Shown here: piece by piece, positions 20,483 through 30,467 of the stretch
Numbering within the stretch: the stretch's first letter is position 1
Layout: each line of letters opens with the position of its first letter
DNA from: Longimicrobiales bacterium
Lineage (GTDB): Bacteria; Gemmatimonadota; Gemmatimonadetes; Longimicrobiales; Gaopeijiaceae
NCBI GenBank assembly: GCA_965204735.1
Contig: OZ242008.1
Coordinates: forward strand, 2,016,001 to 2,080,000
Direction of reading: 5' to 3'
Length of the DNA stretch: 64,000 bases
Program-made: the position numbers and the translations under genes
The notes under the pieces: model-generated
What the model was told of the DNA's origin: nothing
What the model saw: the letters and a program-made list of their open reading frames with translations, nothing else
Databases searched by the model: none

Positions 20483-23400
20483 TCAGCTCCTTGTGGAGGC
20501 AACGACTGGGGATCCCTTCTCGGCAACCGGGGCCAAGCGGGGCGGCACGGCGGAGGGGAAGCCGATCTCCCCCAAGCTCGGCGGCGGCTTCACGTAGTGC
20601 CCGCGGAAGTGCACGACCAAGTCGTCCACCAAGCTGTACAGCACCGGCACCAGGACCAGGGTCAGGAACGTCGCGAAGACGATCCCGACGATCACCGCCA
20701 CTGCCATCGGGCCCCACCACGCGGCCTGCTCTCCACCCCAGTAGAACTCGGGCGCGAGGCTGGAGAAGAGACCGAAGAAGTCCAAGTTGAGGCCGATGGC
20801 CAGGGGAATCAAGCCCAGCGCCGTGGTGCAGGCCGTGAGAAGCACGGGCCGCAACCGGGTCTTGCCCCCCTGCACCAGCGCTTCCCGCCGGCCCATGCCG
20901 TCGCGCTTGCGCAGGAGGTCGATGTAGTCGATGAGCACGATGGCGTTGTTGACCACGATCCCGGCCAACGATATGACGCCCACCCCCGTCATGATGATCA
21001 CGAACGGCATCCGGAAGACCAGAAGCCCGACCAGAACGCCCACCGTGGACATGATCACCGACGAGAGGATGATCAGCGGCTTGACTACGGAGTTGAACTG
21101 CGAGACCAGGATCAGCGCGATCAGCATGAGCGCCGCCATGAAGGCGGTGAAGAGGAACGACATCGCCTCCTGCTGGTCTTCCTGCTCGCCCGTGAAGCGC
21201 ATGGAGTAGCCCAGCGGCAGCTCCTCGGAGAACCCGGCCAGCACCGTCTCCACCTGGGCCCGGACGGCGTTGCTGTTGAACCCTGCCGCGACTTCCGCGC
21301 TGATCGTCGCCACTCGGTCCATGTCCTTCCGCCTGATCGACCCGTAGCCCTGGTCCACGGCCCAATCCGCCACCGACAGGAGCGGCACCTGCTGTCCGTC
21401 CGAGAACACCGAAAGGTCGCCCAGGGCGGCCAAGTCGTCCCGGTCCTCCTGCCTCAGACGCACAATGATGTCGTACTCGTCGTTGCCCGTCCGGTACTTC
21501 GCCGCCTCGATCCCGTTGATGGCGCCCCGCACCGCGAACCCCACCTCGTTGGTGGAGAGGCCGTAGAGCCCGGCCTTCTCCCGGTCCACCGCCACGCGCA
21601 GCTCGGGCCGCGCGTCGTTCATGTCGCTCTCCAGCCCCACCAAGCGCCCGTAGACCGGGGAGGCCTCGATGACGCCGATCGCCAGGTCCGCCAGCCCTCG
21701 CAGCCGTTCCGGGTCCTCTCCCACGATCTCGATGTTCACCGGGGGTCCGCCGGGCGGTCCCTCGGTGACCTTGTCGACCTGCACTTCGGCGCCCGCCAAG
21801 TCGATTCCCACCCTTTCCTGCATCTCCTGCAGGGTGGCGAAGGGGTCGAACTGCTGTGCCCGGTACTCCACAAGGCTCAGGGTAATTCGTCCAGCCTCTG
21901 GACCCGACGGTCCGCCCCCTTCCATGAAGTTGCCCCCGCCGGTGGAGCCCACCGTGGTCACGACGGACTCGACGTCGTCGATGCCGGCGATCCCCGCCAG
22001 CTCGGCCTTGAGACGCGAGGCGTAGCCGTTGGTCACTCGCGCCGACGTGCCCACCGGCGCCTCGATGGCCACGAACATGGTGCCCGGCGGAATGTCCTCG
22101 GGGAAGTACTCGACCGGGGGCGCAAGCAGGAGGTAGGCCGCAATCGAGCCCCCCAGGGCCAGCGCCGAGATGAGCAGGATGACGAAACGGTGGGCCAGCG
22201 ACCACTTCAAGCGTCGTTCGTACCACGCCACGAACCGAGGCATCCCGCCGGCCATGAACGCCTTTCCCATTCGGTCCAGGACCTTGGCGTGAACGAGCCA
22301 GAGCCCTCCCCCCGCGACTCCGAAGAGGAGCGCCGTCAAGGGGTTGACGAGGGCGACCACCAGAAGGAAGAGCCCCGCGACGATCAGCAGGCCCAGGCGC
22401 GCGCGCCGCCTCATGGGCCGACGGGGGGCGTTCTCCGGCCTGATGAAGATGGAACAGAGGGTGGGGACGATGACCAGCGCCACGAAGAGGGAGCTGGACA
22501 GCGTGACGATCAGCGTCATGGGCAGGTACTTCATGAACTCGCCCGCCATGCCCGGCCAGAAGAGCAAGGGCGCGAAGGCCGCGAGCGTGGTGGCGGTGGC
22601 GGCGATCACCGGCGCCGCCACTTCGCCGGTGGCCTTCTTGGATGCCGTCTTTCTGTCCCAGCCCTCTTCCACGAAGCGGTAGATGTTCTCCACGACGACG
22701 ATGGCGTTGTCCACCAGCATCCCCAGGGCGAGGATGAGGGAGAAGAGCACCACCATGTTCATGGAGACGCCCATCAAGCCGAGGACCACGAAGGAGAGGA
22801 ACATCGACGTGGGGATCGACACCGCCACGAACACCGACGTGCGAAGGCCCAGCACGAAGAGCAGGACGCCCACGATCAGCACGAGCCCGGAGATGATGTT
22901 GTTCTGCAGGCTCATGACCATCTCCTCGATGTCCTCCGACTGGTCGGAGGTGATCGAGACCTCGGTGGACGGAGGGAAGAGAGGCCGCATGGCGTCGACT
23001 TCGGCTCGAACCGCCTCGGCGGTGGCGATGATGTTCTCGCCGGAGCGCTTCACCACGTCCAGCGTCACCACCGGCTTGTCCCCCAGGCGAGCGTAGGTCT
23101 CGCGCTCGGCAAAGCCGAACTCCACGTCCGCCACGTCGCGGACGTAGACGGGGCGCCCGCCCACGGTCTTCACCACCAAGTCCCGGATCAGCGTCGGGTC
23201 CTGGAACTCGCCGTCCACCCGCACCAAGTACTTCAGGCCGTTCACGTCGATGGAGCCGCCGGGCACGTTGACGTTCTCCAAGCGGATGGCGTCCAGGACG
23301 TCGTTGAACGACACGTTGTAGTACTTGAGCTTGGCCAAGTCGACGTCGACCTGCACTTCCCGTTCCAGCCCGCCGCGGAGCGCCACCCTAAGCACGGCCG

Positions 23401-23926
23401 GGATCGACTCGATCCGCTCCTGCAGGTCCTCTCCCAGCTCCTTCAGCCGGACCAGGCCGTAGCCTCCGGCCAAGTTCACCTGCATGACCGGGATCTCCGC
23501 CGCGGAGAACTCCATGATCGACGGGTCCTCGGCGTCGGCGGGCAGCTCGGGCCGCGCCAAGTCCACCTTCTCCCGAACCTTCTGCAGGGCCTCGTCCATG
23601 TTCACGTCGGACTCGAACTCGGCCACGACGGAGGAGTAGCCCTCGACGGAGGTGGAGGCGAGCTCCTTGATGTCGGAGATCGAGCTCAGCTCCTCTTCGA
23701 TCTTCCGGGTCACCAAGCTCTCCACGTCGGCCGGAGAGACGCCGGGGTAGATGGTGTTGATCGCGATGTTGGGGATCTCCACCTCGGGAAAGGACTCCTT
23801 GGGGATCGCCCGGTAGAAGAGCAGTCCGGCCACGGTGACGAAGAGAAAGAGCACGATCACCGACGTGGAGTGGTCCACCGCCAGGGAAGTGAGGCGGAAC
23901 TCCTTGAAGCTCCTTTCTTCGCTCAA
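20483..23926 (-). CDS. RND efflux permease (AcrB/AcrD/AcrF family)
   Basis: GMLVDNAIVVVENI, GIVVNNAIVLID and RLRPVLLT motifs; TTG start overlaps adaptor stop. Confidence 0.95.
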   Translation of the reverse strand: MSEERSFKEFRLTSLAVDHSTSVIVLFLFVTVAGLLFYRAIPKESFPEVEIPNIAINTIYPGVSPADVESLVTRKIEEELSSISDIKELASTSVEGYSSVVAEFESDVNMDEALQKVREKVDLARPELPADAEDPSIMEFSAAEIPVMQVNLAGGYGLVRLKELGEDLQERIESIPAVLRVALRGGLEREVQVDVDLAKLKYYNVSFNDVLDAIRLENVNVPGGSIDVNGLKYLVRVDGEFQDPTLIRDLVVKTVGGRPVYVRDVADVEFGFAERETYARLGDKPVVTLDVVKRSGENIIATAEAVRAEVDAMRPLFPPSTEVSITSDQSEDIEEMVMSLQNNIISGLVLIVGVLLFVLGLRTSVFVAVSIPTSMFLSFVVLGLMGVSMNMVVLFSLILALGMLVDNAIVVVENIYRFVEEGWDRKTASKKATGEVAAPVIAATATTLAAFAPLLFWPGMAGEFMKYLPMTLIVTLSSSLFVALVIVPTLCSIFIRPENAPRRPMRRRARLGLLIVAGLFLLVVALVNPLTALLFGVAGGGLWLVHAKVLDRMGKAFMAGGMPRFVAWYERRLKWSLAHRFVILLISALALGGSIAAYLLLAPPVEYFPEDIPPGTMFVAIEAPVGTSARVTNGYASRLKAELAGIAGIDDVESVVTTVGSTGGGNFMEGGGPSGPEAGRITLSLVEYRAQQFDPFATLQEMQERVGIDLAGAEVQVDKVTEGPPGGPPVNIEIVGEDPERLRGLADLAIGVIEASPVYGRLVGLESDMNDARPELRVAVDREKAGLYGLSTNEVGFAVRGAINGIEAAKYRTGNDEYDIIVRLRQEDRDDLAALGDLSVFSDGQQVPLLSVADWAVDQGYGSIRRKDMDRVATISAEVAAGFNSNAVRAQVETVLAGFSEELPLGYSMRFTGEQEDQQEAMSFLFTAFMAALMLIALILVSQFNSVVKPLIILSSVIMSTVGVLVGLLVFRMPFVIIMTGVGVISLAGIVVNNAIVLIDYIDLLRKRDGMGRREALVQGGKTRLRPVLLTACTTALGLIPLAIGLNLDFFGLFSSLAPEFYWGGEQAAWWGPMAVAVIVGIVFATFLTLVLVPVLYSLVDDLVVHFRGHYVKPPPSLGEIGFPSAVPPRLAPVAEKGSPVVASTRS

Positions 23927-25092
23927 CGTCGGTCCCCCCCTCCGGCCCCGGCCACGACCCGCACTCGGTCGCCCGCGGTCAAGCCCTGCTGGCCCACCAC
24001 CACCAGCCGCTCGCCCGAGTCGAGCCCGGAACCGACCACGGCCTCGTTCCCCTGCCCCGCCAAGACCTGCACCGGGCGGGCCGCGGCCACGGCGCCTTCG
24101 CCCGATCCCTCCACCACGAAGACCACGTACCCTTCCTCCATCGACACCAGCGCCTGCTGCGGCACCACGATCGCCCCTTCGATCTCCTGGCGCACGACGG
24201 TGATCTCCGCGATCATCTCGGGCTTGATTCGGCGTCCCGGGTTCGGGAGGACGAGCTCTACGGAGAAAGTGCGGTTCTCCGGGTCCACCGTGGCACCCAC
24301 GTAGGTGATCCGTCCCTCGAAGGACTCGCCGCCCAGCACGTCGAACTCGACCGAGGCCGACGTCCCGTCCACCACGTCCAGGGCGAAGCGTTCGGGCACG
24401 CCGGCGGTGATCTTGATCGAGTCCACCTGCACGATCCGGGCCACGGGAGCGCCGGGGACGACCGCCGCGCCCAGCTCCACCAGGCGCTCGTCCAAGATGC
24501 CGGCCACGGGCGCCCTCACCACGGTCCGGTTGAGTCGCTCCCGAAGCGCCTCCAAGCTGGCATGGGCCTGCGCCGCCGAGTACTTGGCCTCCAGGTAGAT
24601 CATCTCGGAGCCGACTTCGTCCTCTTCGTAGAGCTTCCTTCGCCGGTCCCACACTTCCTGGGCCATGGCCGCCTGGGCCGAGGCGTTGCGCACCTGGGCC
24701 GCGAGGATGGCGTCGTCCAGCTGCACGATGGCTTCGCCTCGGCGCACCTCCCGTCCCTGGTCGCGGACGATCCGGCGCACCACTCCGGCCTCTTCCGCCG
24801 ACACGACCACGTCCCGCATGGCCTGCGCCACGCCGGTCAGCCGCACGGTTCGGACGAACTGCCGGGACCGCACCTCCTCCACCTCCACGTTGACCACCCG
24901 GACAAGGGCCTGCACGCCGTCGTCCGCCGAAGACGCGCCCGCCTGCCCGTCTCCGCCGCAAGCCGCGAGCCCCGCAGCCGCCGCCAAGAGGAGCGCGAGG
25001 GCGCTCCGGGCGTCCGTGCCAGTCGGCGCCCGCGACCCCGCCCCAAGAGCTTCTGTGTTCACCCGGTCGTTCCCGTCGTCTGTTGTCGTCAT
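23923..25092 (-). CDS. RND periplasmic adaptor (membrane fusion protein), lipoprotein
   Basis: LAAC lipobox; VRAPVAG, VDPENRTF and IKPEM motifs; lies between TolC and AcrB homologs. Confidence 0.93.
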   Translation of the reverse strand: MTTTDDGNDRVNTEALGAGSRAPTGTDARSALALLLAAAAGLAACGGDGQAGASSADDGVQALVRVVNVEVEEVRSRQFVRTVRLTGVAQAMRDVVVSAEEAGVVRRIVRDQGREVRRGEAIVQLDDAILAAQVRNASAQAAMAQEVWDRRRKLYEEDEVGSEMIYLEAKYSAAQAHASLEALRERLNRTVVRAPVAGILDERLVELGAAVVPGAPVARIVQVDSIKITAGVPERFALDVVDGTSASVEFDVLGGESFEGRITYVGATVDPENRTFSVELVLPNPGRRIKPEMIAEITVVRQEIEGAIVVPQQALVSMEEGYVVFVVEGSGEGAVAAARPVQVLAGQGNEAVVGSGLDSGERLVVVGQQGLTAGDRVRVVAGAGGGDRR

Positions 25093-26651
25093 TGCGAGCC
25101 GGCCCGGCCCGGCCCGGCCACGTCCACCATCGGCACCTGTCCCGACGCCTGGTCGAGGCGAGCCCGCGCGGCCAAGTAGTCGTACACCGCCTCGGCGTAG
25201 TTGAACTCGCTCTGGCGAAGCGCCACCTCCGCGTCCGTCCGCTCCAGCTGGCTGCTCACGCCCTCGGCGTACTGCGCCGTCACGATCTCGTAGCCGCGAC
25301 GGGCCTGGGACACGGCCTTCCGCTGTCCGGCCGCCCTCTCCCGGGCCTCGCGCACCTGATCCACCAAGTTGCGCAGCTCGACCTCCGCCCGGTCTCGCGC
25401 GACCCGGGTCTGGATCTCGGCTTGGCGAAGGGCGGCCCGGCGCTGGCCGATCCGAGCGTTCCGGCTGAGCCCCGAGAATATGGGAACGCTCACGCGCAGG
25501 CCGATCTGCTTGGTGGAGCCGCGCTGCATGCTGGACCCGAAGAAGTCCGGCGACCCGTTCTGCTGGGCCGCCAGGCCGTAGGTGCCGAACGCCGTGACGG
25601 TGGGCAGGTACCCCGCCTGCTCGATCCGGAGCTCCGCCGTTCTAAGGTCCTCCGTAAGCTGGAGCTGACGCAGGTCGGACCGATAGGCGGACGCGCCCGG
25701 CGTCCGTGCCAAGGCGAGAGCTTCGTCCGCCGCCCAGCCGCCGTCCTCCGGCACGCCCGCGAAGGTCAGGATGTCCTGATTGGCCGGGGAGTTGCGGCCG
25801 ATCTCGTCCAGGTCGATCTCGGCCAAGTCGCCCGCCACCGTGAGCGACGACTCGGGATCCAGGTCGAGTTCGGCGGCCAAGGCCCGCCGCGCCGACACGA
25901 GCCGGTTCTCCGCGCGTCCCAGGGTCGGCTCCAGGTTCGCCAGCTCCACCTCGAGGCGCAGCACGTCGTAGGCCGCCGCCAGCCCCGCCGCCTCCATCGC
26001 GCTGGTCTCCTCCAGCGAGTGGCGCACCCGCTGCAGGGAGTTCTGCGTGAGGCGCACGTCCTCCTGCGCCAGGAGCATGTCGTAGAAGGCGATCCGCACT
26101 CGCGTCACGACCTCCTGCGTTCGGCCCCGCAGAGCCTCCTGCTGCAGTCCCCGGTACCGCCCGGCGGCTCCCAAGCCCGCGAAGACGCCGGGCGCCAGCA
26201 GGGACTGCTCCGCCTCGACGGAGAGGTTCCAGAGGTTGTCGGCCCCGAACTGGACCGGGATGAAATCGCCCTCCGAGGCGCTGGGGTCGAAGATCTGGGC
26301 CGGCAGGAAGCTGACCTGGGGCGCCACGTTCCGGGTGAAGGAGCTGGAGAAGTCGACGCTCGGGTAGAACGCGCTCCACGCCTCGGCGACTTGGCTTCGG
26401 GCGAGCGCGACCTGGTAGCCCGCGTCCAAGATGTCCCGGTTGCGCTCCAGCGCCACCGCCACCACGCGGCTGAGGGTCGCGGGGTCGTCCGCCAACCCCA
26501 GGTCGGAAGCGGTTCTGGCTTGCCGGCCCGATCCTTGGGCGCTCCCCGCCGAAGCGCCCGACGGCTCGGCCGCCGCAACCGTCGTCAAGACGGCGACGGC
26601 TGCAGCCGACAAGAGCTGCCTGGCCCGACCGCCTCCTCCATGTCCACCCAT
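25089..26651 (-). CDS. TolC-family outer membrane efflux protein
   Basis: Two OEP-like repeats (FYPSVDFS...; YLPTVTAFGTY...VSVPIFSG), YAEGVSSQLE. Confidence 0.92.
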   Translation of the reverse strand: MGGHGGGGRARQLLSAAAVAVLTTVAAAEPSGASAGSAQGSGRQARTASDLGLADDPATLSRVVAVALERNRDILDAGYQVALARSQVAEAWSAFYPSVDFSSSFTRNVAPQVSFLPAQIFDPSASEGDFIPVQFGADNLWNLSVEAEQSLLAPGVFAGLGAAGRYRGLQQEALRGRTQEVVTRVRIAFYDMLLAQEDVRLTQNSLQRVRHSLEETSAMEAAGLAAAYDVLRLEVELANLEPTLGRAENRLVSARRALAAELDLDPESSLTVAGDLAEIDLDEIGRNSPANQDILTFAGVPEDGGWAADEALALARTPGASAYRSDLRQLQLTEDLRTAELRIEQAGYLPTVTAFGTYGLAAQQNGSPDFFGSSMQRGSTKQIGLRVSVPIFSGLSRNARIGQRRAALRQAEIQTRVARDRAEVELRNLVDQVREARERAAGQRKAVSQARRGYEIVTAQYAEGVSSQLERTDAEVALRQSEFNYAEAVYDYLAARARLDQASGQVPMVDVAGPGRAGSQ

Positions 26652-26852
26652 TGCGCTTCCGTCCGTGCGGGTAATCGTCGGCTGCAGAGGCCAAATCTAA
26701 GGGATAACCGAAACAGACCAAGACGGCCGCTCCGGCGAATCGACCGCCGGCGCGGATCGACCCGACGCCGGGCGGCCTGGAGCACCGTCGCAAGCCGGCG
26801 CGGACGTGCCGCACTTGGCGACACGCTCTGGAGCGCCGTCGCAGGGGCCCGG

Positions 26853-26882
26853 TTGACGCCGGAGCCCCGCGTCGTGTACCTT
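26853..26882 (+). promoter_or_regulatory. putative sigma70 promoter of the cold-shock gene
   Basis: TTGACG-18 nt-TACCTT, giving a 5' UTR of about 105 nt, as typical for csp genes. Confidence 0.55.
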
Positions 26883-26995
26883 TCAGCATCGGCGTTGCCC
26901 ACAGAACCGGGCACGAGGCCCGGATAGCGCCGAAACGGCCTTCCGCAAGGCACTTTACGGAAGCCGTGCAACATGTAGAGCGAAGGAGCAAGAGG

Positions 26996-27217
26996 ATGCG
27001 GACCACGGGAACCGTGAAGTGGTTCAACGACGCGAAGGGCTTCGGGTTCATCAGCCCGGAGGCTGGAGAGAGGGACTGTTTCGTCCACTACTCGGCCATC
27101 GCCGGAGACGGATTCCGGAGCCTGGCCGAGGGCGAACGCGTCGAGTTCGATCTCGTCAACGGCCCGAAGGGACCGGCAGCGGAAAACGTGATCCGCGTCG
27201 AGGCGGCGATGGCCTAG
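26996..27217 (+). CDS. cspA: cold-shock protein
   Basis: [15 protein letters not shown] (RNP1), FVHYSAI (RNP2), [10 protein letters not shown]. Confidence 0.97.
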   Translation: MRTTGTVKWFNDAKGFGFISPEAGERDCFVHYSAIAGDGFRSLAEGERVEFDLVNGPKGPAAENVIRVEAAMA

Positions 27218-27279
27218 CCCCGCCCTGGCGGCCGCCCGCTGCTCCTGCAAGAGCCGGGCTTCCGCCAAGTCGCGGCTCG

Positions 27280-27320
27280 ACGGCCGGCGGGTTCCCCCAC
27301 CCGCCGGCCGTTGTTGCGTT
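27280..27320 (+). terminator. hairpin terminator after the csp gene
   Basis: 13-bp stem acggccggcgggt / acccgccggccgt with 6-nt loop, followed by a T-rich tract. Confidence 0.65.
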
Positions 27321-27434
27321 CAGCCGCCCGTCGGCGATCGCGACGCCAAGCCGCGACGGGTCCCCAAGCGTTCGTGGGGGGTGTCGGCGTCGGTCGGGCC
27401 GCGACGCGTCCAAGTCGCGACGGGTCCAAGCCTC

Positions 27435-27935
27435 CTAGGGCGCCTTGAAGAAGGCCGCCTGCCAGCGCTCCGAGGCCGGTCCCTCCCAGCGGCCCCCGCG
27501 AAGCTCCGCAAGCCCGGTGATGGAGTTGTCGAACACGATGGAGGCGGCCGTGGCTCCTCCCGCCCGGGCCAATCGCCGGAACTCCGGTCGGGACGCCCCT
27601 CGAACCCTGCCGGCGTCGTCCCGGTACCAAACCGTCTCGTTTCCCAGGAAGCGCACGCCGAACTCCCCCTCGGCGGCCCGAAGCGCCCGGGTCAAGTCGT
27701 CGACCGAGCAGCCGCTGGGCGGCGCGGCCTCCTGGTCCACGCCTACGATCAGAAACCTGTCGTAGCGCCACTCCCGCGCCGCTCGCAACGGCGTCCCGTG
27801 GGCCGTCCAGCGATCCAGGAAGCGGTCCACTGCCGCCAGCAGGCGGGCGGCTTCCGCTCCTCCGATCTCGCGTTCCGCCCCGAAGATCCATATCCGGGCG
27901 CTCCCGGGCAGGCGATCGAGGCCCGAGAGCCTCAC
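27435..27935 (-). CDS. conserved hypothetical protein
   Basis: RIWIFGA, WTAHG and SGCSVDD motifs; GTG start overlaps upstream TGA. Confidence 0.75.
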   Translation of the reverse strand: MRLSGLDRLPGSARIWIFGAEREIGGAEAARLLAAVDRFLDRWTAHGTPLRAAREWRYDRFLIVGVDQEAAPPSGCSVDDLTRALRAAEGEFGVRFLGNETVWYRDDAGRVRGASRPEFRRLARAGGATAASIVFDNSITGLAELRGGRWEGPASERWQAAFFKAP

Positions 27936-29095
27936 GTCGGCTTCGGGACGGCGTCTCCCGGCGTCGCGGCTTGCTCCCCTGCCGCCGCCCGGGCGTCCGT
28001 CGACGCGTCCGGGGGAGGGTTCTTGTCCAGCAGCACGGCCACCCACTTCAGGTCCCGGGTGTTTTCGGCCATGATCTTCGCGATCATCGTCAGGGGAACC
28101 GAGAGGAGGGCGCCGACCGGTCCCCACAGCCATCCCCAGAAGACCAGGGAGAGCACGACCACGAGAGTGGAGAGGCCCAGGCGCCTTCCCAGCAGGGTGG
28201 GCTCGAGCCAGTTGCCGAACACCACGTTCACCGTCAAGTAGCCCAGCCCCACGACGACGGCGCGCTGCACGTCGAAGCCGGCGATCGCCGAGCCCGCGAC
28301 GTCGAAGTCCACGAGCGCCACCACCAGCGCCGGCACCGAAGCGATCACCGAGCCTATCGTGGGCACGTAATTGAGGACGAAGGCGATCAGCCCCAGCAGC
28401 AGCGGCGAGTCCAGGCCCATCGCCCATGTCCACAGGCCCAGCACCAAGCCTGTGGCCAAGCTCACCAGCGTCTTGATGACCAAGTAGCCCTGAACCTCGT
28501 CCACGATCTTGCCCAGGCGCTCGTCGGAGGCCAGCCGATCGCCGGCCACCGCCCGCAGCTTGGCCGGGAAGACGGCGGCTTCGCCGAGGGCGAAGGCGAG
28601 GATGAGGAAGACCAGGAAGGTCGTGGTGACGAAGGACAGCGCTCTCGTGAACGTGCCTCCCGCCACGGCCAGGAGGGAGTCGTTGAGGACGCCCAGCACG
28701 CTGGTCCGGACGTTGTCCACGGCCGGTTGCAGCTCCCCCGGAAGCCACTGCTGGATCAGCCGCAGGAACGAGTTCTCGACTTGGCTGAAAAGGGCCCGTC
28801 CGTAGGCGGGGCCGAGGGCTTGGAGCTCCGCCAGCTGCTGGCTGGCCAGAAGGATCACCAAGCCGAAGACGGAAGCGACCGCCAGCACCGTGAGGGGAAT
28901 CCCCAGGTAGGTCGGAATTCTCCTCTTGCTCAGCCAGAACACGACGGGAAGGCTGATGATCGCCAGGAACGCGGCGACCGCGAAAGGCATCACGATCGGC
29001 TGGGCCAAGCGCAGCCCGTAGACCAGCACCACCATCACCGCAAGGGTGAAGAGGAGACGGAGGCCCGGAGCCTCTCCAAGCTGGCTGAAGGGCAT
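27932..29095 (-). CDS. AI-2E family transporter
   Basis: LNYVPTIGS, GNWLEP and FWGWLWGPVGALLSVPLT motifs. Confidence 0.93.
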   Translation of the reverse strand: MPFSQLGEAPGLRLLFTLAVMVVLVYGLRLAQPIVMPFAVAAFLAIISLPVVFWLSKRRIPTYLGIPLTVLAVASVFGLVILLASQQLAELQALGPAYGRALFSQVENSFLRLIQQWLPGELQPAVDNVRTSVLGVLNDSLLAVAGGTFTRALSFVTTTFLVFLILAFALGEAAVFPAKLRAVAGDRLASDERLGKIVDEVQGYLVIKTLVSLATGLVLGLWTWAMGLDSPLLLGLIAFVLNYVPTIGSVIASVPALVVALVDFDVAGSAIAGFDVQRAVVVGLGYLTVNVVFGNWLEPTLLGRRLGLSTLVVVLSLVFWGWLWGPVGALLSVPLTMIAKIMAENTRDLKWVAVLLDKNPPPDASTDARAAAGEQAATPGDAVPKPT

Positions 29096-29112
29096 TTGCG
29101 GCGCTCTCCCGG

Positions 29113-29880
29113 TCAGCAGACGATGGGAAGCAGGGGCCGGAGACGGCTGGCGGAGCCCTCGGCGTAGGAGATGGTGTAGACCCTGATCTGGCCGCACCCC
29201 CGGATCACCTCGACCCGGTACGCCTCGGTCGTGGGCAGGGACGCGAGCTCCTGCACGCCGCCGAACGCCGGCGCGTCGTCGATGAAGATGCGCGGACGCT
29301 GGGGGGTGACCCCTCTGGTGCGCATGCAGTCCCGTCCCTGGGCGAAGACGGGGCCGGAAGCGCCCACGAAGCAGGGCACGAACTCGAAGCCGGGACGGCT
29401 GTTCAAGTACTCGGCCACGCTCATGTCGGGCGCGAACCTGAGCTCGGCCTGGGGATAGGTGCTGGCGGCGAAGGGCAAGCTTCGCAGCCGGCTCTCCAGC
29501 CTGTCCACGTAGACCTCGATTCCTTCAAGCACCACGGGCTTCGGGATCAGGGCCACCTCGACGAACTGGCCTTCCCGGATGTCGAGGACCTGCTCCAGGT
29601 CCGCGTACCCGAGCCGGGCGACCGAGACCAGGCTGGGTCCGGCCGGCACGTCGGGAATGCTGAAGCGGCCCGACGCGTCCGAGACGCCCGTGACCGTCGA
29701 TCCGTCCACCCTTCGCGTCTCGGGCAGAACCACCACCGCGCCCTCCACGGGCTCCCCGCGGTAGGTGTCCACGATCTGGCCCGCGAAGACGACGGGCGCC
29801 TGGGCCTGGGCGTGGGCGAACCCCCCCATGAGAAGGGCTGCTGCCGCAACGCCCAACGTCGCCGAGGCCACGCGAACCAT
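29113..29880 (-). CDS. secreted carboxypeptidase-regulatory-like domain protein with degenerate plug-like C-terminus
   Basis: Signal peptide; GQIVD...PVEGAVV...SDASGRF...ARLGY; C-terminal RIFIDD...RVEVIRG. Confidence 0.8.
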   Translation of the reverse strand: MVRVASATLGVAAAALLMGGFAHAQAQAPVVFAGQIVDTYRGEPVEGAVVVLPETRRVDGSTVTGVSDASGRFSIPDVPAGPSLVSVARLGYADLEQVLDIREGQFVEVALIPKPVVLEGIEVYVDRLESRLRSLPFAASTYPQAELRFAPDMSVAEYLNSRPGFEFVPCFVGASGPVFAQGRDCMRTRGVTPQRPRIFIDDAPAFGGVQELASLPTTEAYRVEVIRGCGQIRVYTISYAEGSASRLRPLLPIVC

Positions 29881-29888
29881 CCTCCGGG

Positions 29889-30362
29889 TCAATCCAGCTC
29901 CCGGACCGCCTCCACGATCTCGTCGAAGGGAGGCAGCACCCCCGGGTCGTCGCTCTGCCAGCTCCAGCCGATCCGCCCCTCCCGGTCCACCACGAAGACC
30001 GAGCGCTTGGCCACGCCGCGCAGGCCGAAGAAGTCCTCCTGAAGGACCCCGTAGGCGGCGGCCGCCTCCTTGTTGAAGTCGGAGAGGACCGGAAACGGGA
30101 CGCCCATCTCCTCGGCCCACTTCTGGTTGACGAAGGGAGAGTCGATGCTGACGCCGAAGACCTCGGCGTCCAGCTCGCCCCAGGTGCTCCAGTTCTCCGA
30201 CACGTGGCAGAGCTCCTCCGTGCAGGTGCCGGAGAAGGCCAGGGGCACGAACATCAGCACCACCGGCCGGCCCCGCTGGTCCGAGAGCGTGACGGGCTTC
30301 TGGCCCAGCTCCTTCGTCAGAGAGAAGTCGGGCGCCGGCGCGCCCGCGGAAAGTTCGGTCAT
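29889..30362 (-). CDS. peroxiredoxin (AhpC/TSA, AhpE-like)
   Basis: APDFSL, PLAFSGTCTEELC, GVSIDS, RSVFVVD. Confidence 0.92.
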   Translation of the reverse strand: MTELSAGAPAPDFSLTKELGQKPVTLSDQRGRPVVLMFVPLAFSGTCTEELCHVSENWSTWGELDAEVFGVSIDSPFVNQKWAEEMGVPFPVLSDFNKEAAAAYGVLQEDFFGLRGVAKRSVFVVDREGRIGWSWQSDDPGVLPPFDEIVEAVRELD

Positions 30363-30467
30363 CCGATCTGGTCCTCCAGGGGGGCGTGTCCCACGCAAGG
30401 CGGTCGCGCGCAGTCGCCGAGGGCCGCGTCCCCGCAGGGGCCGTCTCGCCGCCGGCACGTCGTCAAG